In this document: one piece after another, positions 17,303-28,546 of the stretch
Position numbering within the stretch: the stretch's first letter is position 1
Layout: every line of letters begins with the position of its first letter
From: Terriglobia bacterium
GTDB lineage: Bacteria > Acidobacteriota > Polarisedimenticolia > Polarisedimenticolales > JAIQFR01
NCBI GenBank assembly: GCA_963748015.1
Contig: CAVVHE010000005.1
Location: 576,001 to 640,000, forward strand
DNA length: 64,000 nt
Direction of reading: 5' to 3'
The notes under the pieces: model-generated
Database searches by the model: none
Seen by the model: only the letters and a program-made list of their open reading frames with translations
Told to the model about the DNA's origin: nothing
Program-made: the position numbers and the translations under genes

Positions 17303-20194
17303 TCAGCGGACGTACTTCAGGTTGCCGAGCGGGACGGAGCGAAGCAGGCGGCTCCAGGCGTCGACACCTCGCGCGCCTGCCGCCGGCGTGCCCGCGACGG
17401 CGCGGGTGAGCTCGAGGTAGGGCGCCGAGGGGACGCCCGGCGGAACGGTCAATCGGAGCGCCTTCGCCGGCCGCAGCCAGCCGAGCACGAGACGGACCCA
17501 GCGGGCGGAATCCGCCGCACCGGCCTCCGCGCCGGCCGCGGGCGCGGCCCCTTTCGGCTCGCTCCGCGATACGAGATCCGCGGCCGCGCGCTCGGAAGCC
17601 TCCCGGACCCAGGGGTCGCTTGGCAACGCCTGCGCCGCCTCGGCGAGCGCCCACGCGGCGAACGCCTGCACCGCGGAGTCCTCCGCCAGCGCGCCCGACG
17701 GGAGCTGGGCGCCGAGGAGAGCGGCGAGCGCGGGCCTTCCCTGCGCGGGCGAGAGGCGCCCATCCTCCGCGAGATCGGACAGCACCCGGATCGCCGCGAG
17801 GAGCAGGCGGTCACCGGCTTCGGTGCCGTGCAGGGCGGCCACCCGTGCGGGGAGCGGCGCGGAGCGTGACGGGGAGGCGTAGGACGGATCGTCCCGGGTG
17901 TCCCATCCCCTTCCGGGAGACGCGACCGCTTTTCCCGCGACGGCGCCCGAGCCCGTGACCATCTCGGCCGCTTCCAAGGAAGCGCCTTGGGCGGAAAGAG
18001 CCGCGACCGGTGCGAGCATCGTCTGCTTGTAGGCCGCATTTCGCGGTACCGGCGGAGGCGCGCTCGACGCGCCCATCAGCCCTCCGACGACGCCTCCGAC
18101 GATCCCGCCGACGAAGCCGCGCGCGGAGTCCTTCTTGCCGCCGCCCCTCCCGGCGCGCTCGTCCTCGAGGGCGAGCCTCTCGTAATGGTCCTCGGCGACC
18201 GCCGCTGTCGGCGCGCTTCCGCCTTCCGCGGTCCCGGCCTTCGCGCAGATGGCGACGGGGCCCTCGCTGCCGAACACTCCCGCGAACGAGGTCCCCTCGG
18301 GGATCGGCAGGGCCTGGTCGATCCTCTCCGAGTTCCCGCCCGGGTTCACGACGCGCGAGTCGTCCACCGCGACGAACGAGGTGTACGGGCTCATCAGGCG
18401 GTACTCGAGGGCGAGTGCCGTGACCTCGGCCTCGATGGACGGCGGCGACTCTCCCCCGGGAAGGCTCAGGAGCAGCTCCTCGATCCGGTGGCGCGCCCAG
18501 ACCGAGGCGAGCGGGGCGTGCGCCGCCTCGCGCTCCGGGAGGGCCACCTGTAGCCTCTGCTCCCAGTAGCGGCCGCCGAGCTTCCCGCGAACGATCACCT
18601 CGCCCGCGCCGGCCGCGAGGTAGCGTCCGACGACGGTCAGGGTCTGCCCGGAACCGAGATCGGGGAGTTTCTCCGGCACGGGGTCCGCGACGGCGAGCGC
18701 GCCCCAGTCGATCGAGAGATCGGTCAGGTACGGCCTCGTGACCCACGAGCGGAACCGGTCCACGGCCTCGTCCGGGCTCTCGTCGGGGCGGACGAACACG
18801 TACGCTCCGCGGCCGAGGGCCGCCATGCGGTCGAGCAGGTAGTGGTTGACCGACGAGCCGATGCCGAACGTGTAGATGCGGGCCTGCCCGACGACGGGGG
18901 AGATCGCCGCGAGGATCTCGTGCTCGTTCCCGATGTACCCATCGGTCAGGAAGACCACGACCCGCAGCCGGTCCGGGTCCGGCGGACGGGCGAACGCCGC
19001 CTTGAAGCCCTCCAGCATCTCGGTACCGCCGCCCCCCTCGAGCGAGTCGAGCCACGCGAGGCCGCGCTCGACGGAGGCGGAGTCGTTCGGAAGCGGCTTG
19101 TCCGAAAGCATCGAGGAGCCGTTCGCGAACCGGATCAAGTCGAACGTGTCGCGCGGCCCCAGCGTCTTGAGGGACTCGCGTGCGAGCCGCTTCGACGCCT
19201 CGAGCGGGATGCCGCGCATGCTCCCGGACGTATCGAGCACGAAGAGAATCTCCTTGGGAGCCGCCTCGAGGGCGCTCACCTCCCCCTTCGGCTGGACGAG
19301 CAGCGTGAAGAAGCCGTCGCCGCGCTCGCGATGGGCGAGGAAGCCGATCGCCGGCTTCTCGGAGGACACGCTCCAGCGGAGCATGAAGTCCTTGTTCGGG
19401 ATCGCGTCGTCCGGGGCGAGCGACACCCGCGCGGTCGAGCGCGCCGGGCTCCGGGCAAGGATGCGGTGGCTCGGGCTCGCGAGGTTCACGATGGGAACGC
19501 CCGCGTCGAGCGACACCTCGATCTCGACATCGTGGCCCGACCGGTAACCCGGCTTCAGGACCGGCGGCGTGATCCGGCCGGCGTCGGGCACCCGGGGAGC
19601 CGGCTTCGCCCTTCCGGTCGCGATCGCGCCGGCCGGGGCGCCGCCTCCCGGGACGTACCGCGGCCCGACCACCAGCGGGAACGTGTAACGGTAAGTGCCG
19701 GCGTCGTAGCGCAGGGTTTCAACCGTCCGGAGGCGCACGCGGATCTCGCGCCCGGGCTCGAGGTTCGCGATGGATTGGGTGAAGATGTTGGGCCGCTCCT
19801 GCTCGAGGAGCGCCGCCTGGTAGCCGGCCTCCCGGGCCGACTCGTAGATCTGCCGCGCCTCCTCGCGCCGCTTGATCTCCCCCTTGATCGTCCGGTCGCC
19901 CACGACGAGCTCGAAATCGTCCACGGCCGCGCGGTCGCCGAGCGGGAAGGTGTAGACCGCCTCGACCGGGTGGTCGTAGGGATTGACGAAGGTCTGCTCG
20001 ACCACGGTTCGCGCGACGAAGGCGGAGATCTCCGCCGTCACCCTGGTGTGGCGGAGGGGCATCTCCACGATCGCGCCGCCGGGCTCCGTGACCCGGAGGG
20101 CGCCGGGGGTCGCCGGGTCGTCCGCGGCGGAAGCGGCGGAGGCGAGGAGCAGGGTCGCGATGGCGAGAAAGCAGGCCGGGCTCGTGGGTCTCAT
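17303..20194 (-). CDS. Secreted VIT + von Willebrand factor A domain protein
   Basis: Signal peptide from ATG 20194 (GGAGG RBS); VIT motifs (EAVYTFPL, LLEQERPNIF); MIDAS DTSGS and TDG. Confidence 0.9.
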   Translation of the reverse strand: MRPTSPACFLAIATLLLASAASAADDPATPGALRVTEPGGAIVEMPLRHTRVTAEISAFVARTVVEQTFVNPYDHPVEAVYTFPLGDRAAVDDFELVVGDRTIKGEIKRREEARQIYESAREAGYQAALLEQERPNIFTQSIANLEPGREIRVRLRTVETLRYDAGTYRYTFPLVVGPRYVPGGGAPAGAIATGRAKPAPRVPDAGRITPPVLKPGYRSGHDVEIEVSLDAGVPIVNLASPSHRILARSPARSTARVSLAPDDAIPNKDFMLRWSVSSEKPAIGFLAHRERGDGFFTLLVQPKGEVSALEAAPKEILFVLDTSGSMRGIPLEASKRLARESLKTLGPRDTFDLIRFANGSSMLSDKPLPNDSASVERGLAWLDSLEGGGGTEMLEGFKAAFARPPDPDRLRVVVFLTDGYIGNEHEILAAISPVVGQARIYTFGIGSSVNHYLLDRMAALGRGAYVFVRPDESPDEAVDRFRSWVTRPYLTDLSIDWGALAVADPVPEKLPDLGSGQTLTVVGRYLAAGAGEVIVRGKLGGRYWEQRLQVALPEREAAHAPLASVWARHRIEELLLSLPGGESPPSIEAEVTALALEYRLMSPYTSFVAVDDSRVVNPGGNSERIDQALPIPEGTSFAGVFGSEGPVAICAKAGTAEGGSAPTAAVAEDHYERLALEDERAGRGGGKKDSARGFVGGIVGGVVGGLMGASSAPPPVPRNAAYKQTMLAPVAALSAQGASLEAAEMVTGSGAVAGKAVASPGRGWDTRDDPSYASPSRSAPLPARVAALHGTEAGDRLLLAAIRVLSDLAEDGRLSPAQGRPALAALLGAQLPSGALAEDSAVQAFAAWALAEAAQALPSDPWVREASERAAADLVSRSEPKGAAPAAGAEAGAADSARWVRLVLGWLRPAKALRLTVPPGVPSAPYLELTRAVAGTPAAGARGVDAWSRLLRSVPLGNLKYVR

Positions 20195-20313
20195 GGCGCG
20201 TCCTCCCGTCAGCAGGGTTCGGAACATGCCTGTGAGACCGTTGTACGCCCTCGAAGTTCCCGACGGCAGGAGGGCGGGGCCGAAGCCGCGGATTCGTCCC
20301 CGCGCGGGGGGGG

Positions 20314-21444
20314 TCAGTCCAGGCTCTTCCTGAACCGCCTCGAGGCCAGGGCGAAGACCACGGCGCCGATCCCCGCGAGGATCGCCCCTTCCCGCCAGAG
20401 CACGTCGATCCCGGACCCCTTGAGGAAGATCCCGCGGACGATGTCGTTGTAGTAGCGGAGAGGGATCACGACGGTTCCGTAACGGATCGCGGGCGGCATG
20501 TTCTCGATCGGGAAGATCAGCCCGGACAGGAGGATCATCGGCATCATGAACACGAAGGCCGAGGTCATCATCGCCTGCTGCTGCGTCCGCACCAGCGCCG
20601 AAACGAACAGCCCGAGCCCGAGGGTCGTCAGCAGGAAAGGCACCGTCAGGAGCGCCAGGAGCGCGAACGAGCCCCGGAGCGGGACGCGGAACAGGAACAC
20701 CACCAGCGCCGAGACCAGGACCAGGTCCGCCATCCCGATCACCGCGAACGGCGCCAGCTTGCCGAGGATCATCTGCCACGGACGGACCGGCGTGACGCTC
20801 AGCTGCTCCAGCGTGCCGATCTCCTTCTCGCGCACGACCGCCACCGACGGGAGGATCATGGTGATCAGCATGAGGGTCATCGCGAGGATCGCGGGGACGT
20901 AGAACCAGCGCGTGGCGAGATCCGGGTTGTACCAGACCCGCGGGACCAGCTCGACCGCCGCCGGCCGCGGCGCGCCACGTCCCGAAGCCGCGAGGCGGTT
21001 CGCGACCATCTTCGCCCCCGCCGCGGCGACGATTCGCGAAGCGTAGCCGAGGCCGACCACCGCCGAGTTGGAGTCGCTGCCGTCCGCGATCACCTGCACC
21101 CTCGGAGCGCGCCCCGCCTCCACGGCCTCGCCGTATCCCGCGCCGATCACCAGCGCGACCTGCGCCTTGCCGCTCACGAGCCACGCCTCGACATGGCCCG
21201 TCTCGTCCTCCGTGCCCGCCAGCCGGAAGTAGCCCGACCCCTCGAACCGGTCGAGGAGCGCGCGGCTCGCCGCGGTGCGGTCCTGGTCCACGAGCAGGAG
21301 GGGGATGTCCTTCACGTCCATGTTCGCCGCGTAGCCGAGTGCCAGGAGCTGCATGATCGGGCCGACCACCAGCGCCGGGATCATCTTCTTGTCCCGGCGG
21401 AGCTGGATGAACTCCTTGAGGATCACGTGGAGGAGGACGCGCAC
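20314..21444 (-). CDS. ABC-2 type permease (YbhR-like)
   Basis: KEFIQLRRD, WYNPDL, REKEIGTLEQL, LSGLIFPIENMP; GTG start. Confidence 0.88.
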   Translation of the reverse strand: MRVLLHVILKEFIQLRRDKKMIPALVVGPIMQLLALGYAANMDVKDIPLLLVDQDRTAASRALLDRFEGSGYFRLAGTEDETGHVEAWLVSGKAQVALVIGAGYGEAVEAGRAPRVQVIADGSDSNSAVVGLGYASRIVAAAGAKMVANRLAASGRGAPRPAAVELVPRVWYNPDLATRWFYVPAILAMTLMLITMILPSVAVVREKEIGTLEQLSVTPVRPWQMILGKLAPFAVIGMADLVLVSALVVFLFRVPLRGSFALLALLTVPFLLTTLGLGLFVSALVRTQQQAMMTSAFVFMMPMILLSGLIFPIENMPPAIRYGTVVIPLRYYNDIVRGIFLKGSGIDVLWREGAILAGIGAVVFALASRRFRKSLD

Positions 21445-21446
21445 GA

Positions 21447-22571
21447 TCAGACCTCCCGCCGGACCAGCCGGACCCACGCGAGCGCCAGGACCCCCGCCGC
21501 GAACAGGGCGAGGAACCCCAGCTCGGGGAGGAACGCTCCGAGGCCGGCCCCCTTGAGCATCACCCCGCGCACGATCACCAGGTAGTAACGGGCGGGGACG
21601 ATCCGTCGTGATCGCCTGGAGAACCGCCGGCATCGAGCGGATCGTGAAGATGAACCCCGAGAGGAAGATCGCCGGGAGCATCGAGGTCAGGAAGCCCAGC
21701 TGGAACGCCATCGCCTGGGAGCCGGCGAAGCTCGAGACGAGAAGCCCCTGGCCGAGCGCGCCGATCAGGTAAAGCAGCGTCGCGAGGAACAGGTCGAGGT
21801 ACGGTCCCCCTCACGGCGACCCCGAACAGGAACCGCGACGCGACGACGATCATCACCGTGGCCGCCAGCGAGATCACGAGGTACGGGAGGGTCTTCCCGA
21901 CGATCAGCTCGCCGGGCCGGAGCGAGGTCACGCGGAGCTGCTCCATGGTCCCCCGCTCCTTCTCGCGCACGACGGAGAGGGCGGTGGACAGCACCGCGGT
22001 GAGCATCATGATGAAGCCGATGAGCCCCGGGACCAGGAAGAGGGTGGACTTCAGCTCGGGGTTGTACCAGACCCGCGGCTCGTACCCGATCGGCACCGCC
22101 TCGATCGTCCCGCCCGCCGCCTCGCGGGCGAGCGCGGCGTTCGCCGCCGCGACGAGACCCGACGGCGTAGCCGAGCACCGTGGTGGCCGTGTTGGCGTCG
22201 CTCCCGTCGAGGAGCAGCTGGACCTTCGCGGTGCGCCCCGCGGCGAGCTCGGCGCGCGTAGCGCTCCGGGATCACCAGCACCGCCTTCGCGATCCGCCGC
22301 CGCGTGACGTCCACGAGGTCGGCCCCGGCGGGGAGGTCCGCCACGAGGTCGAAGTAGGTCGAGTTGACGAAGGAGGCCGTCAGATCGCGGCTCGCGGCGC
22401 TCCTGTCCCGGTCCTGACTGCGCGAGGCGGACGTGCCGCACGTCGAAGTTCACGCGCGTAGCCGTAGAGGAGCAGCATCGCGGTCGGCATGCCGAGGAGG
22501 AGGAGCAGGCTCAGGGGGTCGCGCGAGGCCTGCCGCAGCTCCTTGAGGGCGACGGCCCAGATCTTCCTCAT
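21447..22571 (-). CDS. ABC-2 type permease (YbhS-like), multiply frameshifted
   Basis: Fragments [33 protein letters not shown] and LSGFIFTIRSMP lie in different frames. Confidence 0.8.
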
Positions 22572-23525
22572 GGGCGGCCGCCGGCCGCGCCCGCGGCGTC
22601 CTCGCGCTCGATGTAGTGGATGAACACGTCCTCGAGCGACGGCACGATCCGCTCGGCGGCCGCCGGGACGTTCCCGTCGCGCTCGAGGGCGTTCGAGGAC
22701 CCGCCGCCGCCCTTCCTCGGCGTCCTCGACCACGACGTGCAGCCGGGTGCCGAACACCGACGTCTCGAGCGCCCAGCTCTCCCCCTCGAGGCTGCGGAAC
22801 GCGTCGAGGAACCTCGGCGCGCGGATCTCGAGCACCGCCCTCCCCGCGAACACCTCCTTCAGCTCCCGCACGCTGCCGAGGGCCACCAGGCGGCCGGCGT
22901 GCATCAGCGCGATCCTCGAGCAGTGCTCGGCCTCGTCGAGGTAGTGGGTGGTCACGATGACCGTGACGCCTTCCCCCGCCATCGTCGTCGATCAGCCCCC
23001 AGAACCTCCGCCGCGAGATCGGGTCGACACCGCCGGTCGGCTCGTCGAGGAACACCAGCCTCGGCCGGTGCAGCACCGCGCAGGCCAGCGCCAGGCGCTG
23101 CTTCCACCCGCCGGGGAGCGAGCCGGTGAGGAGGTCCTCCTTCCCCTCGAGGCCGGACATCGCCACCGCCCACGCCGAGCGCTCCTCCGCCTCCTTCCCG
23201 CGGAGGCCGTAGACGCCGCCGAAGAACCGGAGGTTCTCGCGCACGGTGAGGTCCTCGTAGAGGCTGAAGCGCTGGGTCATGTAGCCGATGCGGCGCTTGA
23301 CCTCCTCCGGGTCCGCGACGACGTCGGTGCCGAGGACGCAGCCCCCGGCCCGAGGTCGGCGTCGAGCAGCCCCACGAGCATCCGGATCGCGGTGGACTTG
23401 CCGGCGCCGTTGCTGCCGAGGAGGCCGAACACCTCCCCTTCCTCGACGCGGAAGGAGAGGCGGTCCACCGCGGTGAACGCGCCGAACCGCTTGGTGAGCC
23501 CCTCGACCTCGAGCGCGGCGGCCAC
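22568..23525 (-). CDS. ABC transporter ATP-binding protein, frameshifted
   Basis: [23 protein letters not shown] and TTHYLDEAE lie in different frames. Confidence 0.82.
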
Positions 23526-23527
23526 GC

Positions 23528-24904
23528 CTATCTCCCGACCGCGCGGTCGAGACTCGCGACCGCCATCCGGAGACCCGCGAACGCCGCGGTCCGCTCGAGC
23601 CCGGCGCGGAGGAGCCCGGTCTCGGCATCCAGGAGATCCGAGGAGAGACCGACGCCCGCACGGTAGCGGTCGGCGGAGACCCTGCGGTTCTCCTCCGCCG
23701 AGGCGAGGCCGCTCGACGCGACGGTGACCGCGGCGCCGGCGGTCCTCGCGTCGAGGAGGCGCGCCGTGACGTCGAGCCGGATCCGCCGGTCGAGGTCGTC
23801 GATCTGCTTTCGGATCGCATCCGCCTGCGCCGCCGCCTGCGCGACCGCCGCCCGCGTCCGCCCGCCGTCGAGGACGCTCAGGGAGAGGCCGACGCCGACG
23901 TTCCAGCTGGACTTCCAGACGTCCTGCGGCGGGAGGTAGTGCGCGTTCGGGTCCGCGTAGTCGTACGCCGCCGCCGCGCTGACCTGCGGGTAGCGGGACG
24001 ACCGCTGCGCCTCGACCCGCGCCTCGGCGGCGGCGAGCCGCGCCGCGAGCGCCGCCCGCTCCGGGCGCGCCGCGAGCGCTTCCTGCACCAGCTTCTCGAG
24101 GCTCTCCGGAAGGGCCTCCGCGGTCTCCAGGGAATCGGCGGCCTCGATCCGGGTCTCGGGCGGAAGGCCGAGAAGGCGGACGAGGTTGGCGTTGGCGATC
24201 TCGGCCGCGTTGTCCGCCCGGAGCGCCGCGAGGCGCGCCCGGTCGCGCTCGACCTCGACCGCGAGGACCTCGTTGCGCGCCGCCATGCCGAACTTCTCGC
24301 GGTTCCTCGCGTCGGCGAGATGCGCCTCGAAGGTGTCGAGCGCGCCGGCGACGACCGAGGCGCTCTCCCGCGCGGTCACGAGCGACCAGTACGCCGCGGT
24401 GGTCTCGAGCGTCAGGTCGTCGAGGCCGGCCCGGGTCTCGCTCGCCGCCGCCTCGCGGTCGCCGGTGGCGGCGGCGATGCCGCTCTCGATCCTGCGCCCG
24501 GTGTAGAGCGGCGCGGTCACGGCGAGGCGCGTCCGCCAGTTGTCGGGGATGTCCTCGAAGACCGTCACCCCGATGGGGGGCGGCAGCTTGAACTCGGGGA
24601 TCCTCGAGTTCCGCGCGTAGCTGGCGGTGAGGTCGAGGGAGGGCAACCGCTGCGCCTTGGCGCCCGCGATGCCGGCGTCGGCCGCCGACTCGAGGGCGCG
24701 AAGCTGGGCGACGCGCGGCGACTGGTCCCTCGCGCGCGCGACCGCCTCGGCCAGCGTGAAGCGGACCGCCGGGCTCGACTCGTCGCGGCGCGAAGCCTGC
24801 CCCGGCCCGGCTTCCGGCGGCACGGGCTCGTCGTTCGCGGCGGCGGCAAGGGCCGGCGCGGCGGCGAGCAGGAACGCGAGGGCACCCGCGACGACGCGGC
24901 TCAT
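23528..24904 (-). CDS. TolC family outer-membrane efflux protein
   Basis: Signal peptide; two OEP-like repeats ([10 protein letters not shown]...[13 protein letters not shown]...LDGG). Confidence 0.9.
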   Translation of the reverse strand: MSRVVAGALAFLLAAAPALAAAANDEPVPPEAGPGQASRRDESSPAVRFTLAEAVARARDQSPRVAQLRALESAADAGIAGAKAQRLPSLDLTASYARNSRIPEFKLPPPIGVTVFEDIPDNWRTRLAVTAPLYTGRRIESGIAAATGDREAAASETRAGLDDLTLETTAAYWSLVTARESASVVAGALDTFEAHLADARNREKFGMAARNEVLAVEVERDRARLAALRADNAAEIANANLVRLLGLPPETRIEAADSLETAEALPESLEKLVQEALAARPERAALAARLAAAEARVEAQRSSRYPQVSAAAAYDYADPNAHYLPPQDVWKSSWNVGVGLSLSVLDGGRTRAAVAQAAAQADAIRKQIDDLDRRIRLDVTARLLDARTAGAAVTVASSGLASAEENRRVSADRYRAGVGLSSDLLDAETGLLRAGLERTAAFAGLRMAVASLDRAVGR

Positions 24905-25872
24905 GGCGACACCTCTTTACCCGCGTCCGCGTTCTCCGCGTCGCGGATCCTTGCGATGAAGACGTCCTCGAGGGAAGGCACCGTCGGCCGGGCCGACTCG
25001 ACGACGATCCCCGCGGCGGCGAGGTCCGAGGCGATCCTCCGCGCGGCCTCGTCCGCGGCCGCGGGGCCGGCGCCCGGAAGGGTCGCGTGGAGCCTCTCGC
25101 CGAACGACTGGACGTCGGCGACCCCCGCCATCCCGGAGAGCAGCTCCGCGGCCCGCCGCCGCGGCGACGCCAGCACCTCGACGATCGCCGCCCCGGACGA
25201 CGCACGGAGCGCCGCGGGCTCGTTCACGCTCAGGAGCCGGCCCCGGCTCATCAGCGCCACCCTGCGGCATCGCTCCGCCTCGTCGAGGTACGGCGTCGTG
25301 AGGAGGATCGTGAGCCCGTCGCGCTCGAGCCCCGACAGGATCTTCCAGAAGTCCCGCCGCGACACGGGGTCCACCCCGGTCGTCGGCTCGTCGAGGACGA
25401 GGAGCTCCGGCGTGTGGATGAGATTGCAGGCGAGCGCGAGCTTCTGCTTCATCCCGCCCGAGAGCCGGTCCGCGAGGCGCGTCCTGAACGGGGCGAGCCT
25501 CAGGGTCTCGAGCAGCTCGTCGCGGCGCGCCCGCCACCGCCGCACCCCGTGGACCTGCGCGAAGAAGCCGACGTTCTCGTCCACCGACAGGTCGCCGTAG
25601 AGGGAGAAGCGCTGGGGGAGGTAGCCGACGCGCCGCGACAGGTCGCGGGCGCGGCGCACCGGGTCCACCCCGAGCGTGCGCACGGTCCCCGCGCCCGGCG
25701 CGAGCAGGCCGAGGACCATCCGGAGCGTCGTGGTCTTCCCGGCGCCGTCCGGCCCGATGATCCCGAACGTCTCCCCGGGCGCGACGTCGAACGAGACGCC
25801 GTCCACCGCGGTGACGGCGCCGAAGCGGCGGACCGCCCCCTCGAGCGCGACGACCGGTCCCGCGTCGCTCAT
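24901..25872 (-). CDS. ABC transporter ATP-binding protein
   Basis: [33 protein letters not shown]. Confidence 0.93.
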   Translation of the reverse strand: MSDAGPVVALEGAVRRFGAVTAVDGVSFDVAPGETFGIIGPDGAGKTTTLRMVLGLLAPGAGTVRTLGVDPVRRARDLSRRVGYLPQRFSLYGDLSVDENVGFFAQVHGVRRWRARRDELLETLRLAPFRTRLADRLSGGMKQKLALACNLIHTPELLVLDEPTTGVDPVSRRDFWKILSGLERDGLTILLTTPYLDEAERCRRVALMSRGRLLSVNEPAALRASSGAAIVEVLASPRRRAAELLSGMAGVADVQSFGERLHATLPGAGPAAADEAARRIASDLAAAGIVVESARPTVPSLEDVFIARIRDAENADAGKEVSP

Positions 25873-26845
25873 CGCGCGGCGTCGGCGGCCCGGAGCCTCG
25901 CCTCGGCGGGCATTCCGGGCTTGAAGAGGCCATCCTTGTTCTCGAGGCCGATCTTGACCTTGTAGACCAGCTTCACCCGCTCGTCGCGCGTCTGCACGTT
26001 CTTCGGCGTGAACTCGGCCTTCGAGGCGATGAAGGTGACCTTCCCCTTCCGCGTCTGCCCGTCGTCGGTGACCACCTCCGCCTCCTGCCCGAGCCGGATC
26101 CGCCCGAGGTCGGGCTCGCCGACGTAAACCGTGAGCCAGGCGTCGTCGAGGTCGGTGATCACGCAGAGGGGCGCCCCGGGGGGAGCAGCTCCCCTTGCTC
26201 GGCGATCTTCTCGGTCACGATCCCCGCGAGCGGGCTCGCCGTGACCGCGTCCCTCGCCTGCTGCTCCAGCTGGGCGATGCGCGCGTCCGCCGCCGCGAGA
26301 CGCGCGCGCGCCGCGTCGATCTCCTCCGCGCGCGAGCCCGATCGCAGCTTGTGAAGCGTCTCGCGGGAAGCGTCGAGCCTGGCCACCGCGACGTCGCGCC
26401 GGGTCAGCGCGTCGTCGCGGGACTTCGTCGTGCCGGAACCCGCGTCGAGCAGCCCCTGGAGCCGGTCGAGGTCCCGCTGCGCGCCGTCGAGGTCGGCCCG
26501 CGCCTGCGCCACCTGCGCCTCGGCCCCGGCGACGTCCTCCTTGCGGGAGCCGGCGACGCGGAGCCGCAGCTCGGCCTCGGCCTGGCCCCGGTCGGCCTTC
26601 GCCCCGTCGAGCGCGAGCCCGATGTCGGTCGCGTCGATGCGGGCGAGCTCCTGCCCCGGCGTCGTGCGGTCGCCCTCGTGGACCGCGAAGAGCACGAGCC
26701 GTCCTCCGATCTTGGTCGAGATCCGCACGTCGGTGGCCTCGACGTGCCCCGAGGCGACGATGAGCGACGGATCGTTCCGGTCGCCGCAGGCGGCGGCCGC
26801 GAGGGCCATGGGAACGACGAATGCGAGGCGCCAGCTTCTCGTCAT
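25869..26845 (-). CDS. HlyD/YbhG-like membrane fusion lipoprotein (frameshift near 26175)
   Basis: Lipobox-like AAAC, SGHVEAT, coiled coil, AEFTPKNVQT; one G apparently missing in a GC run. Confidence 0.88.
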
Positions 26846-26855
26846 GACCGTGCTC

Positions 26856-27542
26856 CTATCGTGCCGGGCCGTCCGCCGCGGCGGGGGACGCGCCGGACTC
26901 GCGAACGAGGCCGCGAACGAGGATCTCCTGCAGGTTGGCGATGAAGGCTTCGGGCTCGGGCGCCCGCGCGACGGGAAGCTCCCCGTCGGCGATGAGGCGG
27001 GCCCTCATCGGCTCCGTGGCGAAGAAGAAGAGCAGGCTCCCCATCACGACGAGGTGGGTGAGGACCGGATCCACCGCGCGAAACGTGCCCTCCTCGATCC
27101 CCCGCTCGTAGATCCTCCGTACCTTGACGAACATGTCGCGGAAGGCCGGGAGGACCCTTTCGCCCAGATGGCGGCCTCCCGAGATCGCCTCGCGCATCAT
27201 CATCGCGGGGAAGTGCGGACGGCGAGCGGTCAGCTCGCCGAACATCCCGGCGAAGGCGCGCAGCGTCTCGTCCGCCGGGCCGCTTCCCTCGAGGAGGGTC
27301 TCGATCCCCGAGCCGACCTCGCTGAAGGTCGAGATCAGGATCCGCTCGTAGAGCCGCTCCTTGCCGCCGAAGTAGTAGCTGATCATCGCCTTGTTGGCGC
27401 GGGCCCTCCGGGCGATCATGTCCACCGTCGTCCCGTCGAAGCCGTGCGTGGCGAACAACTCGGACCCGGCCTCGAGCAAGGCCTCTCTCGTCGCCTCGGG
27501 ATCCCGCTGGCCTTTGACCCGTTCCCCCGCTTGAGCCTTCAT
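26856..27542 (-). CDS. TetR family regulator (CecR/YbiH-like)
   Basis: FATHGFDGTTVDMIA...ISYYFGGKERLY helix-turn-helix. Confidence 0.92.
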   Translation of the reverse strand: MKAQAGERVKGQRDPEATREALLEAGSELFATHGFDGTTVDMIARRARANKAMISYYFGGKERLYERILISTFSEVGSGIETLLEGSGPADETLRAFAGMFGELTARRPHFPAMMMREAISGGRHLGERVLPAFRDMFVKVRRIYERGIEEGTFRAVDPVLTHLVVMGSLLFFFATEPMRARLIADGELPVARAPEPEAFIANLQEILVRGLVRESGASPAAADGPAR

Positions 27543-27558
27543 CGGGCCTCCAATTGAC

Positions 27559-27615
27559 CGAACGTTCTAATTAAACGTTTGTATAACATAATACGACGAC
27601 AGGACGGCCTGTCAA
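27559..27615 (-). promoter_or_regulatory. Sigma70 promoter and candidate TetR operator of the efflux operon
   Basis: Minus strand TTGACA-16 nt-TATTAT (27615-27588); palindromic AACGTT-CTAATTA-AACGTT at 27561-27579, downstream of the -10. Confidence 0.75.
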
Positions 27616-27695
27616 GGGAATCACCGAGCGGTGCCGGACCGGCCGGGAGCCCGTCCGAGTAACCCCGTGGGCCGCGCGAATACTCGGACGGGCTC

Positions 27696-28391
27696 CTAGG
27701 GTTTTTCTGCCGTGGGCGCCCGCCTTGGGGCGATCCCCACGCTCCGGTCGAGCGCGGGGAGGAGGGCCGTGAAGACGCGGGCGGCCTCGTCGACGAGCCA
27801 GGTCCCGGACAGCCGCTCCCTGGCCTCGGGAAAGTCGTGGCGGACGCCGATCTCCCACCAGACCCCGCGCCGCCGGACTTCCTCGAACGACCCGGCCCAG
27901 TCGGTGGCCGACTCGAACACGCGGCGGGAGCCCTCGGGCCACGGCGCGGCCGCGTAGACCCGGAAAGCCAGGCCGTGCTCGCGGGCGACCTCCACGAGCG
28001 CGGCCCCCAGCCCGCCGTGCCGGCAGAGGAACTCGAAGCGCCCGAAGCCGGCCGCCCCGGTGTCCCAGGCGAGGCGGACCGCGACGTGATCCGGGTGCAC
28101 GCCCACGTTGAGCTGCGCCGCGGCCTGGTAGCCGTGCGCCTCGTGGGAGATCGCCAGCCAGGTGCAGAACGGCTGGTACCCCGCCGGCCAGTCGAGGCGC
28201 GGGAGGTGCGCGTGGAGCGGGGACGGCGTGAGCGGGCCCAGCATCTCGAGGAGGTCGTCGCCGAGGAGCTTCAGCGCGGGGTGGAACCCGGCGAGGATCG
28301 CCCTCCGCCGCCGCTCGCGGTCGTGGATCGCGAACGCCTCGAACGCCTCCGCGGGCAGCCCTTCGAACCGCGGTGCCGGGCGAAACAGCAT
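27696..28391 (-). CDS. DUF1054/YktB-like protein
   Basis: Pattern F..F.I...RR..I...HP.L..LG...H....TWLA....GY....LNVG resembles YktB from recall. Alternative start at 28418. Confidence 0.6.
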   Translation of the reverse strand: MLFRPAPRFEGLPAEAFEAFAIHDRERRRRAILAGFHPALKLLGDDLLEMLGPLTPSPLHAHLPRLDWPAGYQPFCTWLAISHEAHGYQAAAQLNVGVHPDHVAVRLAWDTGAAGFGRFEFLCRHGGLGAALVEVAREHGLAFRVYAAAPWPEGSRRVFESATDWAGSFEEVRRRGVWWEIGVRHDFPEARERLSGTWLVDEAARVFTALLPALDRSVGIAPRRAPTAEKP

Positions 28392-28546
28392 GCTCTCCTC
28401 GCCTCGCCGCGCCTCCATTATCCCATGTCGCGTGGGGGGTTGGAACCCGCGGGGCCAGATGGCGTAGACTCCCCCCTCAAGTGTTCAGGACCGCTGGCCG
28501 AGGGAGCCTCCGCGAGGGAGGCGACGGGTCGGCGTGCGAGGATGGT

